From Acidobacteriota bacterium (GTDB lineage Bacteria; Acidobacteriota; UBA6911; JACQSX01): a stretch of 11,557 bases of DNA. Below, piece after piece: positions 8,415-11,557 of this stretch (its first letter is position 1; each line of letters begins with the position of its first letter). The DNA is taken from NCBI GenBank assembly GCA_036507075.1, contig DASXQR010000095.1, positions 1-11,557 on the forward strand, given 5' to 3'. Position numbers and translations under genes: made by a program. The notes beneath the pieces were generated by a model. It did not search any database, was not told the origin of the DNA, and worked only from the letters and a program-made list of their open reading frames with translations.

Positions 8415-9509
8415 TCAAGCCCCCGCCATTCCTGATGTCACTTCAGTGCTCTCAGGCGTTTTCCGGCCGGGGTAGTCAACCCGATCCGGAAGGCTGTTCC
8501 CAGGTCCGCCCGCCGCTGCCGGCGAATTCTCGAACCGAGCGTGGAACTCCTTGAGGGTCGCGCCGCAGCACCAGGTAGAAAGATCCTCGAACAGGATCTC
8601 AAGGCTCTCGTACAGTCGCTCGATATCCGACGCGGTCCGGAAAATCGGACTACCGCCCGGCATGAGCTCCGAGGAATGCAGCATGAACTCCATATGCGCT
8701 GGAGCTTCCGATCGCGCCCCCCGCGCCGTTTGTAACATCGCGTTGAGGTTACGATCTAACGGCGCGCGGTGCGCAGGCTGGACCGGACATAACCAGTTGA
8801 GCCCCAGAGACACCCTGTTGGCCGCCCGCCGCAGCAAAGGAGTGCGATACGCCCAGGGCGCTCTTCGGTAGAGGCGGCTCGGGCGGATTGTCATCGGTAC
8901 CTCCAGCAGTCCGCCAGGCGCCGGCACCGAGATGTCAGAGGGGCTGAGGAAGTATGGTCGCTCAGGAAAGGCCGTGTAGTTTGACCCGCCGCCGCCGCGG
9001 GGATCGCCCGGATTTCCGCGCCAGTCGACACCGGGAGTGACGGAGCAATCCACGCAGTATCCCTCGTCAATGAGCATGGCGGCATAACGGCCGTCGAAAG
9101 CCCAGCGCCCCGCGCGATGACTGACCATTTTTTCATCGAACCGGTGTTCAAGTAGACGGGTAAGGGTCCTGATCTTCTCCTTCATCACCGGCTCTGGATA
9201 TTCGATCAGGTAGGGTTGATAGTAAAAATCGTCGTTGGTCAGCGGCTCGAGCGGTGGCGAGTTCCATGCGTGCAGGTGCATCCCGATCTCGCCGGCGCCG
9301 CGGGAAACGATGTCGCGCCCAAACGCGACAAAGACGGCGGACATCGCCATCTCATAGTTGGTAAGGTAGACCGGCTTGAATCCGAATCGCTCGCACAGCG
9401 ACTGGAAACGAGGCAGGTACTCCGCATTGCGGGTGGTGATCTCCCGCGGTCTTGCCCAGAGATCATCACCCTCGGTGTCAATCGTAATGAGGAAAGGCGT
9501 CTCAGACAT
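8415..9509 (-). CDS. WalW/WabN-like polysaccharide deacetylase (CE4-like)
   Basis: FLITIDTEGD, LPRFQSLCERFGFKPVYLTNYEM, EIGMHLHAW (metal-binding HxH), SHRAGRW, DCSVTP, LLEVPMT and FMLHSSELMPGGSP motifs. Confidence 0.88.
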   Translation of the reverse strand: MSETPFLITIDTEGDDLWARPREITTRNAEYLPRFQSLCERFGFKPVYLTNYEMAMSAVFVAFGRDIVSRGAGEIGMHLHAWNSPPLEPLTNDDFYYQPYLIEYPEPVMKEKIRTLTRLLEHRFDEKMVSHRAGRWAFDGRYAAMLIDEGYCVDCSVTPGVDWRGNPGDPRGGGGSNYTAFPERPYFLSPSDISVPAPGGLLEVPMTIRPSRLYRRAPWAYRTPLLRRAANRVSLGLNWLCPVQPAHRAPLDRNLNAMLQTARGARSEAPAHMEFMLHSSELMPGGSPIFRTASDIERLYESLEILFEDLSTWCCGATLKEFHARFENSPAAAGGPGNSLPDRVDYPGRKTPESTEVTSGMAGA

Positions 9510-9622
9510 GCCTGTCCCGGTCCGGATCACTCGCGGCGCGAAAGACGAATGTGTGCTGTGCGCATCCAGGAGCCAGGAGTGGCAGATTGTCGAACCCGAG
9601 GGAGCGGATCTTCATCGCCTTA

Positions 9623-10090
9623 TCAGCCCAGTGCGGCGCGTTCTGCCCGAGTGGCCAGCAGTACCATCACCTCGACGGTGCACACTACCTCGGATCGTTG
9701 ATTCAGGATCTCGTTGAAGAGAGTGACCACGCCTCGATCGGGTTTGAACCAGGGCCGTTTGTCCTTCACGGTCACTCTTGCGCGGAGGGAGTCACCCGCA
9801 CGGACCGGAGCGCGGAACTTGAGCTTCCAGTCAAGGCCACCCAGGAACGCCCAGGTGGCTGTGGGGGTGTTGTAGATCTCGATGAGAGAGCGGTACCACA
9901 AGGTGATGATAAAACCGCCGCTGGCGACGATACCTCCAAATGGCGAACGTGCGGCTGCGGCTTCGTCGACGTGGAAGGGCCAAGGGTCATTGCGTCGGCT
10001 GAATTCCAGCATCTCGTCCTTATCGCAGACGCAGTCCCGACCGAGATGCACGGATCCAACCTCCAGGTCTTCGAAGTAGACGTTCCGCAT
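9623..10090 (-). CDS. MaoC/NodN-like (R)-specific enoyl-CoA hydratase/dehydratase
   Basis: MRNVYFEDLEVG...DPWPFHVDEAAAARSPFGGIVASG...LKFRAPVRAGD; GAGG RBS before the ATG at 10090. Confidence 0.88.
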   Translation of the reverse strand: MRNVYFEDLEVGSVHLGRDCVCDKDEMLEFSRRNDPWPFHVDEAAAARSPFGGIVASGGFIITLWYRSLIEIYNTPTATWAFLGGLDWKLKFRAPVRAGDSLRARVTVKDKRPWFKPDRGVVTLFNEILNQRSEVVCTVEVMVLLATRAERAALG

Positions 10091-10663
10091 GCGCTGCCTC
10101 AACGCCCAACCCCAATTCGACGTCGTATGGATGAGCGCCGAATAAGATAAAAACGGCTCTCCGATTCTTTCTATGCAGAAGCGCCGGACATGATTTTCTC
10201 TTCCCTCGTTTTGCGAGAGTAACCGCGCTGCATTAAACGATGCGCGAGGCGGCCTGACCGCCTCTAGTCCATTTGGACCATCCCTATGGGGGGCAGGGAT
10301 TGGCGGTGGTTCCGGCGGCGCGACGACCACAAACGGGAAGCGACGGGTCGCTTTATCAGCCGGGTCCCGCGGCGGCGGGCGGGGGCGTAGTCACAGAAAT
10401 GGTATGGCAGGTCGTCGATCAGGTATTTCCGGCGCTCGGGGTCGGGGCGTTCGACGAAGAACGGCCGGCCCCGGCCAACGCCTGGCAGGCCCGCCTTGCA
10501 GGCAATGCCGTATTTCGTAGCGAGGTTATATGCTGATCTGAACGGACTACGCACCCCGGTGCAGGCGCCGCACGAGTGTCAACAGGCTCATGCAGTCTTT
10601 CACGGATGATTCGCTCACTGAGGAAAACCCGGGTGGGTGGAGCGAAGTTCATGCCCGCGAACC

Positions 10664-10759
10664 CATTTTCATGGTTTCGCCTGGATCCGGCTCGGCTTCG
10701 GACATTGGAATGCGACCGGGCACGAGGTGGCCGTGAAGCTAATCGCCGGAGATCTGTGC
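10664..10759 (+). pseudogene. Possible C-terminal remnant of an SGNH/AlgX-like hydrolase or O-acetyltransferase
   Basis: HFHGFAWIRLGFGHWNATGHEVAVKLIAGDLC resembles the terminal block-V helix (GHWNxxGHxxxAxxI) of SGNH proteins; no upstream part is recognisable. Confidence 0.4.
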
Positions 10760-10954
10760 CATAGACCCGGCTGGACGATGAGAGGCAAGCGCTGGCCCGG
10801 GTCCCGCGCATTCTCGTTCGGGTGGATATCGAGGCGGTTCGACGAGAAGCGACCGGCTCCGATAATTGAATGGCACGCCTGGTTCGCAGAGAATGTCGTT
10901 CTACGCAGCCAATGGATCCACCGATCGTAGCGGCTTAAGCGCCGCTCAGGTCGA

Positions 10955-11159
10955 TTAGCAGGTTGTTGTTGTGCCATAGAACGCCGATAGTACAGAGAGG
11001 AAATCCGAAAACTTAACCACCAAGGCACCAAGGCACCAAGGCACCAAGGCACCAAGGAGTGCAAATGAGTAACTGGAAACTTTGTCAGTTTTTCTTGGTG
11101 CCTTTGTGTCTTGGTGGTAAGAATTGGTTCGGCCATAGTGTTTTTCAACGGCCTGTTAG
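10955..11159. mobile_element. MITE-like non-autonomous element with IS5-like ends
   Basis: TTAG direct repeats at 10955-10958 and 11156-11159; imperfect terminal inverted repeats CAGGTTGTTG / CAACGGCCTG (8/10); right end TTTTTCAACGGCCTG; internal long hairpin; no transposase. Confidence 0.5.
11012..11121. repeat. (CACCAAGG)5 tandem repeat forming one arm of an inverted repeat
   Basis: Five exact CACCAAGG units at 11018-11057. The reverse complement of 11094-11121 (CTTACCACCAAGACACAAAGGCACCAAG) matches the left arm CTTAACCACCAAGGCACCAAGGCACCAAG. Confidence 0.92.
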
Positions 11160-11308
11160 GCCGGGTGCATTGCTGCGCAGGGACTTTCTTTAGGATCGAT
11201 GTCATGTGTGCTTGATCAGGCTATGCGAGTTACCGGGCTCGATCAAAGCTCGGCTGCACGCGCGGCCGCTCACAAGACTTCGATCGCGGGCGGGTTGATT
11301 TTCCTATC

Positions 11309-11557
11309 ATGAAAGTAAACAACGTTGCCCAAGTGAAGTTCCACAATATGACGCTCCCTGTCGTCTGCATCCAGGGACTCGGGTTCGTGGGCGCTGCTAT
11401 GGCTGCGGCCGTCGCAAGGGCCAGAGATTCGCATGGAAACCCTCTCTACAATGTCATGGGCATCGACCTGGGCACGCCCGAAGGCCTGGAGCGGATCGAA
11501 GGAATCAACCAGGGCAGGTTTCCAATGCCCAGCGTCGATTCCATGCTCCTCAACGCC
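11309..11557 (+). CDS. Nucleotide-sugar dehydrogenase (UDP-glucose/GDP-mannose dehydrogenase family), 5' part, runs off the window
   Basis: Not in the ORF track. Translates to MKVNNVAQVKFHNMTLPVVCIQGLGFVGAAMAAAVARARDSHGNPLYNVMGIDLGTPEGLERIEGINQGRFP with a Rossmann GxGxxG motif; alternative ATG at 11348. Confidence 0.85.
   Translation, partial: MKVNNVAQVKFHNMTLPVVCIQGLGFVGAAMAAAVARARDSHGNPLYNVMGIDLGTPEGLERIEGINQGRFPMPSVDSMLLNA

Noticed and set aside
11018..11057. CRISPR array
   Set aside because: Tandem 8-mers with no spacers and no cas genes.
10669..11205. 178-aa minus-strand ORF
   Set aside because: Its N-terminal half is a translation of the repeat element (LVPWCLGALVPWW), so it is unlikely to be a real protein.

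Overview
GC-rich bacterial surface-polysaccharide locus with decayed flanks. The core is a co-oriented minus-strand run (10090 to 2828): MaoC-like hydratase/dehydratase, WalW/WabN-like polysaccharide deacetylase, FemAB-like GNAT transferase, GT4 glycosyltransferase, FkbM methyltransferase, Wzx flippase and a second GT4. The left flank (+ strand) holds a heavily eroded gspG-like pseudopilin remnant, a 5'-truncated UDP-glucuronate-4-epimerase-like fragment, a ugd gene with an apparent in-frame deletion of most of its NAD-binding domain, and an intact AT-rich LCM-type SAM methyltransferase that looks horizontally acquired. The right flank holds gene debris, a ~200-bp MITE-like element (TTAG direct repeats, (CACCAAGG)5 hairpin) and the 5' end of a second nucleotide-sugar dehydrogenase. 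The best candidate for something undescribed is the deacetylase + FemAB-like (+ MaoC, FkbM) glycan-tailoring module. All family calls come from motif recognition, not database searches.
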